Shown piece after piece: positions 14,598 to 28,119 of a stretch of 64,000 nucleotides of DNA. Numbering within the stretch: position 1 is the first letter of the stretch; each line of letters begins with the position of its first letter. Source of the stretch: Eledone cirrhosa (lineage: Eukaryota); the NCBI GenBank assembly GCA_964016885.1, contig OZ024740.1:149668001-149732000 (forward strand), written 5' to 3'. The notes beneath the pieces are model-generated. The model saw nothing but the letters and a program-made list of their open reading frames with translations, did not search any database and had not been told where the DNA came from. Both the position numbers and the translations under genes were made by a program.

Positions 14598-14652
14598 TCT
14601 ATTATATATATTTCAAGGGTATCAAAACTTTGGTACGCTTTCATCAGATAAA
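14598..14652 (-). ncRNA. Minimal hammerhead ribozyme
   Basis: TTTAT-CTGATGA-AAGCGTACCAAAGTTTTGATACCCTT-GAAA-TATATATA-ATAGA, then AATAAA. Confidence 0.7.
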
Positions 14653-14798
14653 ATACAAAGTTTGTTTTATAAATTTTGACATAACCAAGAAAAGATACCT
14701 TAACGGTTCAAGTTTTCCTTGGATATATATATATAAGTATATGTATGTAATTATGTATGTATGTATGTATATACTTGTGTATATATATGTATATATAT

Positions 14799-15095
14799 CA
14801 GGGGCGAAGGGTGCGTGCATGCAACGCATGCAGTGCATGCGTTATAGAACCTTGAGTTGATCAATTGCGTCGGTTGAAGCAAGCAGAATTTTGGCTGCTT
14901 ACTAAATCGTAGACACATAAAAAGACAACACACACATACACACACACACTAGATAACACTACATGCGGCTTTGACCGGGAGGGTCATTTAGAGGGAATTG
15001 GGGGTGTGGGGGGGGGGGATAAGGCTGCACAGCCCCACATTCCGCCATGGCGATTGGACTGCATGCCCTGCTTTCCAGGTTACCCTTCGCCACTG
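14799..15095. mobile_element. MITE with ~14-bp TIRs
   Basis: CAGGGGCGAAGGGT ... ACCCTTCGCCACTG, flanked by TA repeats. Confidence 0.75.
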
Positions 15096-15521
15096 ATATA
15101 TATATATATATATATTCATATATATTTATACATATGAAGGAGTCTAACGGATACCAGCTTTTGAAGTGTTCTTTCTAGATTACTTTATTGAGATCTATCC
15201 TTCAGTGATTTTGTATAAGATGTATTTTCTTCTGTGATTGAGATTTATTAGCAAACTCTTTCATTGCGATAATATGTATATTGGTGACAAATTTACTTAT
15301 GTATAATGTGTGTGTGTGGGGGGGGGGGGGCGTGTGTGTATGTGTGTGCGTTAGGTAAGTACGTAACTACAGTTACAGTCGGTTTGCCAATCTAAGCGCT
15401 CGAAGCTGTTACAATGGCCCGTCTCGTGTTGGATTGTATTCCAAGGTTAAGGGGGCTGTAGTGTGCAGTGTAAACAAAAGTAAGCAGGATCGGAGTCAAT
15501 GTTGCAATAAACGTTATTAGT

Positions 15522-15608
15522 ATATTAAAATTGTTTCAATACCGATAAGCCCAGGGTACAATCATAATAACCAGGGCACGGCGCTGCCTCGACACGTCAT
15601 CAGATATG
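15522..15608 (-). ncRNA. Hammerhead-like motif, degenerate
   Basis: ATAT-CTGATGA-CGTGTCGA...TCGGTATT-GAAAC-AATT-TTA-ATAT. Its 5' side is mirrored by an inverted repeat at ~15598-15654. Confidence 0.5.
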
Positions 15609-15745
15609 CGAGTTCATATGTGCAAAAACACATTCAAACTCGCATATCTGATGAGATTTCGAGGACGATTTCGTCGCTCTGCGCGCATCTCGGACATGCC
15701 GGGCTGACGGCACTTCCATGCCTGTAGAGTTTATATATATAAAGT

Positions 15746-15780
<35 letters not shown>

Positions 15781-15784
<4 letters not shown>

Positions 15785-16394
15785 ATACTTTGGAAGGGTC
15801 ATGTTGCCGATAAGAAACACATGCACCAGTTGCTTTCACTTCAATTTATTATATTTATTATAAATTAAATTGTAAATTTAAAAATTTAAAAATTTATATA
15901 TTTCCGGTTGGTTGGTTGGTTCCACAACCGGACGGTTGTTCATATATTGTCAAAGTTCTTTCGTCACACATTCTGTGACCTCTTCAGTGACTGGAGATTC
16001 TTTTCTTTGTTTTGTGCCTCTCCTTTGTTCTGTCCTACGCCATCTTGTTTTTTCTTTTTTTTTCTTAAAAAAAAAAAAATACAAGATGGCGTAGGACAGA
16101 ACAAAGGAGAGGCACCATACAAAGAAAAGAATCCCCAGTCACTGAAGAGGTCACAGAATGTGTGACGAAAGAACTTTGACAATATATGAACAACCGTCCA
16201 GTTGTGGAACCAACTAACCGGAAATTTATTAATTTTTTAATTTTTTAATTTATAATTTAATTTATAATAAATTGAAGTGAAACAACTGGTGCGTGTGTTT
16301 CTTATTGGCAACATGACCCTTCCAAAGTATAACAATATCGGTTTCAACACACGTTTTCAGATAAATAATCTTGTTAAAGAAATTCAGAAACGAA

Positions 16395-16395
<1 letters not shown>
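15781..16395. mobile_element. Inverted pair of PLE pseudo-LTRs with no ORF; hammerheads at 15949-15991 (-) and 16138-16180 (+)
   Basis: ~280-bp arms centred on a T-run/A-run near 16065. Each arm has GTCA-CTGAAGA-GGTCACAGAATGTGTGAC-GAAA-GAACTT-TGAC. The arms match the 3' end of the PLE at 21955-22190. Confidence 0.9.
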
Positions 16396-16426
<31 letters not shown>

Positions 16427-16518
16427 GGTAGTGCCAACCTCCCCCCCCCCCCGGGAAAATAAACTGGAGACCAATAATCTGGTACACAAGTAAAACAAAA
16501 ACGTGTGTGTGTGTGTGA

Positions 16519-16565
<47 letters not shown>

Positions 16566-16883
16566 TGTGTGTGAGTGTAAATTAATTTATATTCCATCAC
16601 CACGGCTACTGTTTTTATTTATACCTTGTCGTTGCTGGCGTGATTTTGTTTTCATTCAGTCACATTTCTTTTTTCTTAAATTTATTTTCATTCACTAGCG
16701 CTTATGATAGTTTCCTGCAATAAATACGTCTAAAGTAACACTTTTCATTGTCTCCTCAAATACTACCTTGAACCCACAAATAAATTATATGGACCTCCGC
16801 TAAGAACCACTTATTTAGAACTTGGAAAGGAATACTCAAGTCACACAATATAAATAGAACACGTACACACACATACACACATA

Positions 16884-16938
<55 letters not shown>

Positions 16939-16939
16939 C

Positions 16940-16970
<31 letters not shown>

Positions 16971-17014
16971 AATATATATATACATATATATATATACATA
17001 TATACAATATATTA

Positions 17015-17160
17015 ACAAATGGAAACTATATTTATAAAATAAAATCATATTTATTTCATTATACATATTTCAAGGGCCACCACCATAGTTTGCTCTGGTG
17101 GCCCTTGAAATATGTATAATGAAATAAATATGGTTTTATAAATATAGTTTCCATTTGGTA
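17015..17160. repeat. Palindrome built from the 3' half of the 14598-14652 hammerhead family
   Basis: AAATGGAAACTATATTTATAAAA...TTTCAAGGGCCACCA-spacer-TGGTGGCCCTTGAAATATGTATAATGAAATAAAT...TTTCCATTTG; homologous to 14565-14620. Confidence 0.8.
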
Positions 17161-17249
17161 ATATATTGTATATTTGCTCCAATAATTTGTTGAGTGCTTT
17201 ATATCAGTTATATTTTGCTTGTTGTATCCCAACAAATTAAATATAACCT

Positions 17250-17328
17250 CTACATATATACATATATATATATATATACATATATATACATATATATACA
17301 TATACATATATATATACATATATATATA

Positions 17329-17400
<72 letters not shown>

Positions 17401-17411
17401 TATATACATAC

Positions 17412-17458
<47 letters not shown>

Positions 17459-17533
17459 CATACATATATATATATATACATATATATATACATATATATA
17501 TATACACACATATATATACATATATGTATATAC

Positions 17534-17584
<51 letters not shown>

Positions 17585-17641
17585 TATAGATACATATATA
17601 TATACATATATATATATGTTATATATATATATATATATAGG

Positions 17642-17720
<79 letters not shown>
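17250..17720. repeat. (TA)n/(TACA)n microsatellite
   Basis: Direct reading. Confidence 0.98.
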
Positions 17721-17725
<5 letters not shown>

Positions 17726-17807
17726 ATAATAATAAATTTGAAGACTAAAATCCAAAGAGGGCTCGATAAGGATAAATATATATCAAATATATAAGAACCG
17801 TAGAGCA

Positions 17808-17953
17808 AATATTTATTAAAATAACAGATTAAAGTTTAAGCAAAGAATCGCTGCTTTCACCCTTAACGGGATCTTCTGAGTTTCAGAAGATCCCGTTAAG
17901 GGTGAAAGCAGCGATTCTTTGCTTAAACTTTAATCTGTTATTTTAATAAATAT
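17808..17953. repeat. Perfect ~145-bp palindrome with hammerhead-like arms
   Basis: Centre CTTCTGAGTTTCAGAAG; each arm reads CAGAAGA-TCCCGTTAAGGGT-GAAAGC...AATAAA. Confidence 0.85.
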
Positions 17954-18209
17954 ATATATGATCTGAGTTCAAATCCCGCCGAGGTTAACTCTGCCTTTCA
18001 TCCTTACGGGGTCGATAAAATAAAGTACCAGTAATGTACTGGGTAATTGCTGGCCTTCTGCCTAAAGTAGAAACAATTATCTATAAAAGGCAGAGGTCAA
18101 ATCCCGCCGAGGTTAACTTTGCCTTTCATCCTTACGGGGTCGATAAAATAAAGTATCAGTGTAATGTACTGGGTAATTGCTGGCCTTGTGCCTAAAGTAG
18201 AAACAATTA

Positions 18210-19366
18210 TCTATAAAAGGCAGATTGTTGTTGTGCGTGTGTGTGTGCATGTTCCATGTTTATAGATTTGCACAATTTCAAACCAATTCGACTCCAAGTC
18301 TGTAAGAATGTTGTAAATAGTTTTACTTAGGTTACCGACGATTTACTTCATTCAAACTCACCCACAATTACGCAAATAGTCGATAAAACATAAATACATG
18401 ACACTTTAAACCTCTAATACAATCTGATTTACTCTCTCTACTCCCTTTAAAATTCGATAAAACTACATACATGCTCCAACTTTCTCTTATATACGCTTAA
18501 ACTTATAAACTTCCTTTAGGAACACCGCAGAAAGAAGAGAGAGAGAAGAGAGTGAGAGGGAAAGAGAGAGAGAACGTTTCCTTTTGAGTGTGGAACGGTC
18601 AAACATTTATTTACTTCAATGACAAAGAGAACTTATTACATTTCATAGGAAACAACAATTATTCAAAAGCAACAGATAAATTTATTCAACAACAAAAATA
18701 GCGATAAATCTTTTTTAAAACATCTATCAACGAACGTGTAACAAAGAAGTATCAGTTCATTTACTATACACAATAATATCCTCTATGAGGTTACTAAACC
18801 TGCTAGAAACAGCAGCTAACTCGCCGCCGTATCACACCCCTCCCTACTGTCTTAAATTTAGAAAATATATCCTCTATGAGGTCACTAAACCTGCTAGAAA
18901 TAGCAGCTAAATCTCCCCCATATCACACCACTACCTACTGTCTTAAATTTAGAAAACATATCCTCTATGAGGTCATTAAACCTGCTAGAAACAGCAGCTA
19001 ACTCTCCCTCACGTCACACCCCTACCTATTGTCTTAAATTTAGAAAACACACATTAGACAACTATGCAGAACAACTCCATCGCAGCTCTGTTGTTTGGCT
19101 GGCATCGTCTACGTGCGTGTTGCGCAAGTACTGTGAAACAATAAATTTCAACACTTCTTTGCACAGAGATAATATCCATAGGCGAAACTACAATTGTCAC
19201 TGCTGGCGCAGCTCCTTCTTCGGCAGTCCAGGTCTGCAATTCATTCACCCAGTGCCTGGCAGACGAAAAAGTGCTGCCATGGTGGTGCAACCTAAAGTGC
19301 AAATGGGTGGTGCAACCTAACTTTGGTAACTTACTGACCCCGAGCAACGCCGGGCTTTAATGCTAG
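18210..19366 (+). mobile_element. Non-autonomous Helitron-like element containing three ~90-bp tandem repeats (18775-19050)
   Basis: A|TC start (TCTATAAAAGGCAG), 3' hairpin CCCGAGCAACGCCGGG, CTAG|T end. Confidence 0.7.
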
Positions 19367-19377
19367 TATATATATAT

Positions 19378-19496
<119 letters not shown>

Positions 19497-19560
19497 CTAG
19501 CATTAAAGCCCGGCGTTGCTCGGGGTCAGTAAGTTACCAAAGTTAGGTTGCACCACCCAT
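19497..19560 (-). mobile_element. Inverted duplicate of the Helitron 3' end
   Basis: Reverse complement of ~19303-19366 across a (TA)n run. Confidence 0.85.
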
Positions 19561-20238
<678 letters not shown>

Positions 20239-20239
20239 A

Positions 20240-22190
20240 ATAACCGATCTAGGGACCTAACAGACTGTATAATAGGTAGTTTGGATGTTGTGTCCCTATA
20301 CCCATCCATTGACGTGGATTTTACTGTGGAGAAATGCGTAGAAATGATCAGTGAGAGCAACGTTGAATTCCGTGGGATTGATACCAGTGACCTGGGACTC
20401 CTACTTAAACTTACTTATAATAATGATTATCTAGATACGTATGACCTTAGCAACATCTGTGCTACAAGGCTAGCAAGAGGCAGACCACCTACCATTACCG
20501 CAATGGCCAAGAAAACCCACACAGAAAGATGGAACGGGTGGACCAGAGCCATACGGACCCCCGAAAACCATGATGAACTAAAGAAAATGATTGCACATGC
20601 GGTGGGGCCCAGTATAAAATTAACCCTTAAGGAACATATGTTCAAATTTAATGGAAAAACATATGCCCAAGGGGAGGGAGCAGCCATTGGTGTTAGCATT
20701 GCAGGTTTCATAGCTAACCTATTCATGGTATGGTGGGACAATAAACTTAAAAAACAATTAGAAGACAGCAACCTCTTAACCACCCACTAGAGAACAGTCA
20801 GGAATTATAGAAAAACACAATGGAAAGCATCCAGCAAATAGCTAACTCCATCCACCAGAGTATTAGAGTTACTATAGACTACCCAAGCAAACACCCCAAC
20901 CATCGATTACCTGTACTAGACACAGAGCTCTGGTTAGAAACCATTAATAACAAAAAACAAATCCTCCATTCCCATTATACTGATTGCGGATTTAATACGG
21001 GTGATGAGAAACGTGTCCCGCATGTGCAACCCCAAAGAACTAGAGAGACACATACAACACTTCATCCACCGTATGCAGTTCTCTGGTTACAATCAGAGAG
21101 ATAAAATTCAGAGTATATAGAGGAGCCAGAACCAAATGGGAAAAAAATGGTAAATAATTATACAAATGGGACCTGCCCCTTGTATAGGAGCAAATTTTGG
21201 AATAGAATAGAAAGAACTAGGAATAAGGTTAATAGAATAAACTCATGGTATGATATCAATAAATACCAGAGTGTAATGTTCATCAATACAACCCTAGAGG
21301 TGAATTAGCTTACAAATTTAGAAGGGCCATAGATAAACTTAAACTAAATATTAAGATAGTAGAAAGACCATAAAACATTTATTAGTAATACATACCCTTT
21401 TCAAAGACATCCCTGTATAGATAGAAAATGCATAATCTGTAAACTAAGCCCCCATATTAACTGTAAAACTAGAAACATAGTATATAGCATAAGATGTACT
21501 GAAGGACAATGTAAAGATAAGAATATAGTGTACATAGGTGAGATAGCTCGTAGTATAGGAGAACGATTAAATGAACACTGCCGAGAGCTTCAAGATAGAA
21601 AAGAATCATCAGTACTCCACCAACATGCTAAAATAGAACATAAGGGCAAATTACAGAACATAGAAATAAAAATAAAATCTACACACAGAAAAGACGCAAT
21701 GTTTAGACAAATCACAGAGGCAATAAACATAAATAAATTTCAACCAAAATTAAATAGAAAACATGAATGGAATAGCAACACCACAACTTACAATTAAGGA
21801 CAAAATGAAAACACACACACTTAGAACAAACAACCAACCAGTAACATGTAAATAAACAAATAAATAAACAAATAAAAACACACACACACACCCGAATGTA
21901 ACACATGCGCAAACTAAGCACACATCACACACAAAAACAAGATGGCGTAGGACAGAAAAAAGGAGAGGCAAGAAACAAAGAAAAGAATCCCCAGTCACTG
22001 AAGAGGTCACAGAATGTGTGACGAAAGAACTTTGACAATATATGAACAACCGTCCGGTTGTGGAACTAACCAACCCGAAATTTATAATTTTTTTAAAAAT
22101 TTATAATTTACTTTATAATAAATTGGAGTGAAACAACTGGTGCGTGTCTTTCTTATTGGCAACATGGCCCTTCCAAAGTATAACAATATA
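20240..22190 (+). mobile_element. Penelope-like retroelement, 5'-truncated and internally deleted (RT, GIY-YIG, pLTR with hammerhead at 21994-22036)
   Basis: [44 protein letters not shown]...NCKTRNIVY...C...C...YIGEIARSIGERLNEH, RQITEAINI; multiple stops and frameshifts. Confidence 0.9.
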
Positions 22191-22361
22191 TATATATATA
22201 TATATACAACTTTATATATATAAACTCTACAGGCATGGAAGTGCCGTCAGCCGAGCATGTCTGAGATGCGCGCAGGGTATGACATTCCCAGAGTATAACA
22301 ATATCGGTTTCAACACACGTTTTCAGATCAAGAATCTTGCTAAACAAATTGAGGAACGAAA

Positions 22362-22430
<69 letters not shown>

Positions 22431-22494
22431 TTCATTTATGTTAGGCTGTTTGTTGATGAGTAGAACCGGTAGTTCAGGTTGGTGAACTATGCTG

Positions 22495-22549
<55 letters not shown>

Positions 22550-23156
22550 AATACTTCATTTATGTTAGGCTGAAATAGAGAGAAAGAGTTCTCATATGTA
22601 TGTACATGTGAGACAGAGACGGTTATACAGATACAGTGTAAGTAATAAACTATAACAGTAGTAGTAAGCGACAATATATTATTGCATGAAAATATATTTT
22701 CAAAAAAAAGCTGTGGTTGATGATATCTAGGGCAAACTGCAATCTAGAGGAATTAACTACTTGTAAAGAGGACTGTTGCAATGGCAGTAGTAGTGATGGT
22801 GATTAAAATAGTTGTAACTATTGTGAGGTCAACTTCGAAGTTAGTTTTTAAATAAGCAATTGCAAATAACTACCATCTCTTCTAAGAGTCAAATACTTCC
22901 AATAACCAAGATACCATAACTCTTAGCTAGAGTTTTTTTAACTGTACAAAAATATATCAATAACCAAGTAAACATAGACACACCAGCTGCATAGTCACAT
23001 TAAAGCAAAATATTTAATCGTGTATATGAAAATGTGCTAAAATATTAATAGGGTTGTAATCATATTTTAGATAGAAGAACGTGTCTGGTAATTATAAAAA
23101 AATATCTATTCTAATCTGCTTGGTGCTCTTTAGTTTCAATAAAACTGGTTAGCTAC

Positions 23157-24470
23157 ATGCCGAAGCTCCTCTGTACCCTTCGCAACGCTCCGTACTACAC
23201 CCACACATATCTCCTCGCTGACCTCGATACTTGTATTCGAGCAGCAGCCGAGGAGATATGCAACGTCAAATTTGACGACATTGGATGGCAACAGGCCACT
23301 TTACCTGTCAGGTATGGCGGTCTTGGCCTCCGGTCTCCGATCTCACTGGCTTTGCCGGCGTATTTTTCGTCGGTAACCTCGTGCCGCGTCCTCGTCAGCA
23401 GGGTTCTTCAAAACACAATAGAACCCTTTGTGTTCAGAGAACGTGAGGCCGCCTGTGGACGTGGGATCGGCTGGGACTTAGCCCAGTAGACTCCCTCCTC
23501 CTTCTCCCCCTGTTGACGCCAAGTCCCTCTAAATCACTTGGGATGCCATCCAGTGCAGCCTGGCCTCATACAGGCTCACGCACTAGCTTGACCAGCATCG
23601 CCTTGCCTGTTTTCCTGCGGCCTCCAAACCCCACAGTGGTGCCTGGCTCCATGCCCTGCCCTCCTTCTCCACTGGCACGCAGCTAGACAATAATAACCTG
23701 CGCATCGGCGTTTCCCTAAGGCTCGGCCTTCGGATCTGCGAGTCACACCAATGTCACTGCGGATCCACCGTGGACTCTTTCGGCCTCCACCCGCTTTCCT
23801 GTCGCCACAGTGCCGGCCGCCTTCCACGCCATGCCCTCAACGAGGTCATAAAGCATGGCTTGAACGCTACAGGCTTCCCTTCCCAGCTCGAGCCGGTGGG
23901 GCTGGACCGAGGGGACGGCAAAAGGCCAGATGGCATCACCATCTTCCTGTTCCGCGGTGGCAAACCCCTCGTCTGGGATGCCACTTGCAGCGACACTTTC
24001 TCCAGCCGCAACCTGGTGCAGTCGGCGACTAACCCAGGTTCTGTTGCACGTCGAGCTGAGGAGGCCAAACTCCTCAAATACCGGTCGCTCTCCGACAGGT
24101 TTGCGGTTGTACCCCTGGCAGTGGAGACTTCTAGTGTCCTCGGCCCTAGGGCTACCTCCCTACTCACCACCATAGGCGCTAAGCTGGCCAGCCGCAGGTG
24201 TGAGCCCCGCGTGTTGTAGTGGCTTTTCCAGCGCGTCTCCCTTGCCGTCCTCCGGGAAAACGCCTTCTCCATCTTGTCCGCCGGGGCTGTGGGGGGGGGG
24301 GGGGGGGGGGGGGCATCACGTATCATTCCATTTTTAAGTATGGTCAACGAAGAATATGTGCCAATACCCGGCTGTGGTTGGATTTCAGGTACTTTTGCAT
24401 GTCGTTTGAGCCCTCCCATTGTTATATCATCATTCCTTATAGCTCCATCTGTCAGAATAAAACACTTAAC
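23157..24470 (+). mobile_element. 3' half of a CRE-type non-LTR retrotransposon with restriction-like endonuclease, disrupted
   Basis: WQQATLPVRYGGLGLRS (end of RT thumb), HPLSC...RHALNEVI, EPVGLDRGDGKRPDG...LVWDATCSDT (PD-D RLE), FAVVPLAVET; GC-rich island; AATAAA near 24457. Confidence 0.85.
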
Positions 24471-26584
24471 TCTTAATTTCCTGCTAATACCTTAGCTACA
24501 GATTGTTTGCCATCAGATGGCATATCGCATTGCTATGTTTACAGCAAAACATAGATGATATAGCTAAGTTAAAATAGCTATCCTTTGATAACCAGGCAGT
24601 TCTCTTTCTATCCCATTCCAGCCTAGTTTCCTCTCTCTTTCTCTATATAGCTTGGCCTTTTATAATCAAAAGCACTTAACAGCAATTATGTTTCCATATA
24701 GAGAATTAGGTAAATAATAGTAAAATATTTTGAAAGACATTTACAAAAATATATTTTTTTAAATTATGACGTGTTTAGGCTAGTGTGCTTCTATATACAG
24801 CGGCATCTGCTCGGTTGTCAAACCATTTGGAATTACACACTCAGTCCGTCATAGGTTCCTTCTTTGAAGGCTCCTGTACTATTATGCTGTTGAGCCACTG
24901 CAGCAGAGGATAGATATGTTGAGAAGGATGGAGATGGAAACACAGCATACAACTCTTTCAGGAGGAATCACAACATGGCTGCCTCGATTTTTCACAACAT
25001 GCTACACAATAGCCTCCTTTGATCAGCCACCGTCCATGCCGCCGATTTGCTTTGGTTTCCCAGCCTTACTAAATTCCGCCTCGTCATATGACAAATCTTT
25101 TTGATCACATTATTTCACCTGACTTTCTTATTCCAATCTAGGCCGTGTGTTTTGCTTTACACCTATTATTGCCTCTTTCGTTTCCAGATTAATCTGTCAT
25201 CTTAACAGATTTTATCGTTCTTCACTTCCTTCATGCCACTATTAGCAGATCCGCCCTAACAGTTGGGCCCATCGAACCCCCATAACATCATGTGAAATTG
25301 AACTTCTGCTACATTAGTCTACTCCACTAATGATGGTAAACACAGTTGGAAAAGTACTGTATCATTCTACAACCGAAGTCCTGCAATGTATACCAGAAAA
25401 CAATGTCATTATAGCACAAATATCTTTGGACACATTTCCATTAGCTCTACTGTTTTTAGCAGTATTTCATGTACTTCGAGTGACCATAGCAGCCTCTTAA
25501 AAACATGTTAACATACATACATATAAACATGATGGCTGCAACTCGATTTCGAGTAATGCTATCTCTTGATACTTTAGCATGAGCATCATAGACGTGGCTT
25601 TTTAGTCCTGCTAGAGATTAGCCTATGACCAACAATGCCATGCATCGCAAAAAATGTCACATATCAAGCGATGTCTGTGCTTGAACCTTTTTTAAGTGAG
25701 GAAAGGCTTTGCACGCAGCCAATCGCAATCCTTGAACATCGAATGCATTTATCCAGAAAGAAGAACTGGTCTACATCTTTGGATGCAAATGAAGTCGTAG
25801 GTTTTATATCAGAGTGACCTTCTCCTAGAGAGATGACTTAATGAAGACTAGAAGTCTTTCGTTCCACAAAACAAAACAAAAAATTATTGGATGGCCGTTG
25901 ACTCTCTCCTGACTTCCACCGCCCTTTCATGGGTTTTGTTTTTCATCCAGCTGGGTGTCCAAAATCACCCTCCTCACCAAGCAAGCTTGGGGGGTTGCCA
26001 GTTTAGTCGCCGACACCCCGACCATGCACAGGTTGTACTGGGTTACATGTTACCAGTAGCGCTGAAGAACATGCACACATACATATAACTCAAAATATAT
26101 AGATCCACACATACAACATCCATACCTGCACACACACACGCACGTTTGCAGACATTCATACATATTTACCTCGCTGATATTGTCTAAATTCCTATGAAAG
26201 AGTCTTGTGTATATGTTAGAAACCGGCTCTCTCTCTCTATTGATAAAACTTTATAAAATAATGAAACCAGAAGAATATTTTTACATATTATGAAATACCG
26301 AAATCGCTGAGTTTCCCAACGGACAGCTGATGATAAAAACATGTTTCAGTTTGTCCGAATTGTCTCGATTTTCCAGTATCTCTTCTAATCGTATGTGCTC
26401 AGATTTTATCATTTCTCTTGCAGTTACCATAATATACATATAGCACAGTGTCGTTATTTGTATACAGTATATCAAATATCCATTATGAATAAAATTGATT
26501 TGAAACATCAATCAAAAATCGGAGAGGTATGTACAATTTATACAATTCTTAAAATATGTTATATTCGTATGTGTTAACCGGTTA

Positions 26585-27324
26585 TCTATATATATAAAAC
26601 TGAGGTTGTCTGTCTGTCTGTCTGTCTACTAAAACGGTCGGCACACATCTCCTCCTAAACCGTACGTTCAAATTTCGGTGAAATTGATACACTTATAAAT
26701 GAAGGTCCGGCGGAGACATCGGTAAAAAAAAATGTTCAAATCGACCCACTCCAAGTGCAAAAATCGAATTTTTAATGTATTGATTTTTCAGTTCAAATGT
26801 ATAAATAGAGATGAGAGACGAGTTATTTCCCTTTTATGGCGTCATTCTGTATATTTTTACTTGAAAACAAGCCTATTTAAATACACCGTAAAACAAGCAA
26901 ATATTTTGTAAAAAAAAGCATTGATCTATATATATAATCTCGAATAAAGCCTTATGAGATTTTCATTTAAAAGCAATGATTTTAAACGACATCCAATTTC
27001 TTTGTTTCAAAATAACTGATAGTTTAGTTACGCTGATGTTTTTCTCTGAGACAAGTGTTGCAGTGTTTACATTTTCTATTTTTGTTAATAGATTACCAGT
27101 GCAGTTTTTATCCCCAGCATCCTCTTTTGTTTTAACATTCGAGTTATGGTTATGTTTTCTAAACTTCATAAGGCATACTGTTGGTTGAGGGAATATTAAT
27201 CAAAAGTACCACATGAAAGTCTACACTGTAGACTCTACAATTTTTAAGCCAAGAAAGGAACTTAACATTGTAACTTTAACACAACTACTGAGCAGCCCCG
27301 ATCAACGCCGGGCTTTACTGCTAG
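26585..27324 (+). mobile_element. Non-autonomous Helitron-like element
   Basis: A|TCTATATATATAAAA plus (GTCT)n at the 5' end; hairpin CCCGATCAACGCCGGG then CTAG|T at the 3' end. Confidence 0.8.
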
Positions 27325-27399
27325 TACTTATATATATATAAAATATATGTGTGTGTGTTATATAAACATCGCATCAGCCTTCATATACATCTCTATTAT

Positions 27400-27628
<229 letters not shown>

Positions 27629-28119
27629 ACAGGCATACCCGCACACATATATGTGTACGTATATATATATATGTGTGTGTGTGCGTGTACGTATATATAT
27701 ATGTATGTGTGTGTGTGTGCGCGTGTACGTATATATATATCTGTGTGCGTTATACGTCATGGATTAATTCTGACTCCGATTTTTACCTTCGATGGCTAAC
27801 TTATCTAGCGAATAACAAAAAAATTTCGAACAAGTTGGGCATAGGGATCATAGCCGTATGCCCAACTTACATCCACAATGTTTCTAGAGGTGAAACTTCG
27901 TTCATTGATTGCTTTCTTACAAAGTTCGACGCACATCATGACGCCACTGCTTTTCACTGTGTGTCAAAATCCTTGGATCAAACTTCCCGGTAACACGATG
28001 TTTGTTCAACTATTCTGTGAAAATATGGTCTCTGCAACTGATTTTAAACATGTGTAAGAGGTAATGGATTGTTCGGCGTCGTCTGGTAGATGAATTCACA
28101 AACATTCTCTACATTTTTT

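Noticed and set aside
18775-19050. Three ~90-bp repeats resembling a CRISPR array
   Set aside because: Whole units are homologous, there are no unique spacers or cas genes, and the context is eukaryotic.
22428-22572. 20-bp direct repeat ACTTCATTTATGTTAGGCTG
   Set aside because: It flanks only a short stub and a TA run; probably slippage or an assembly echo.
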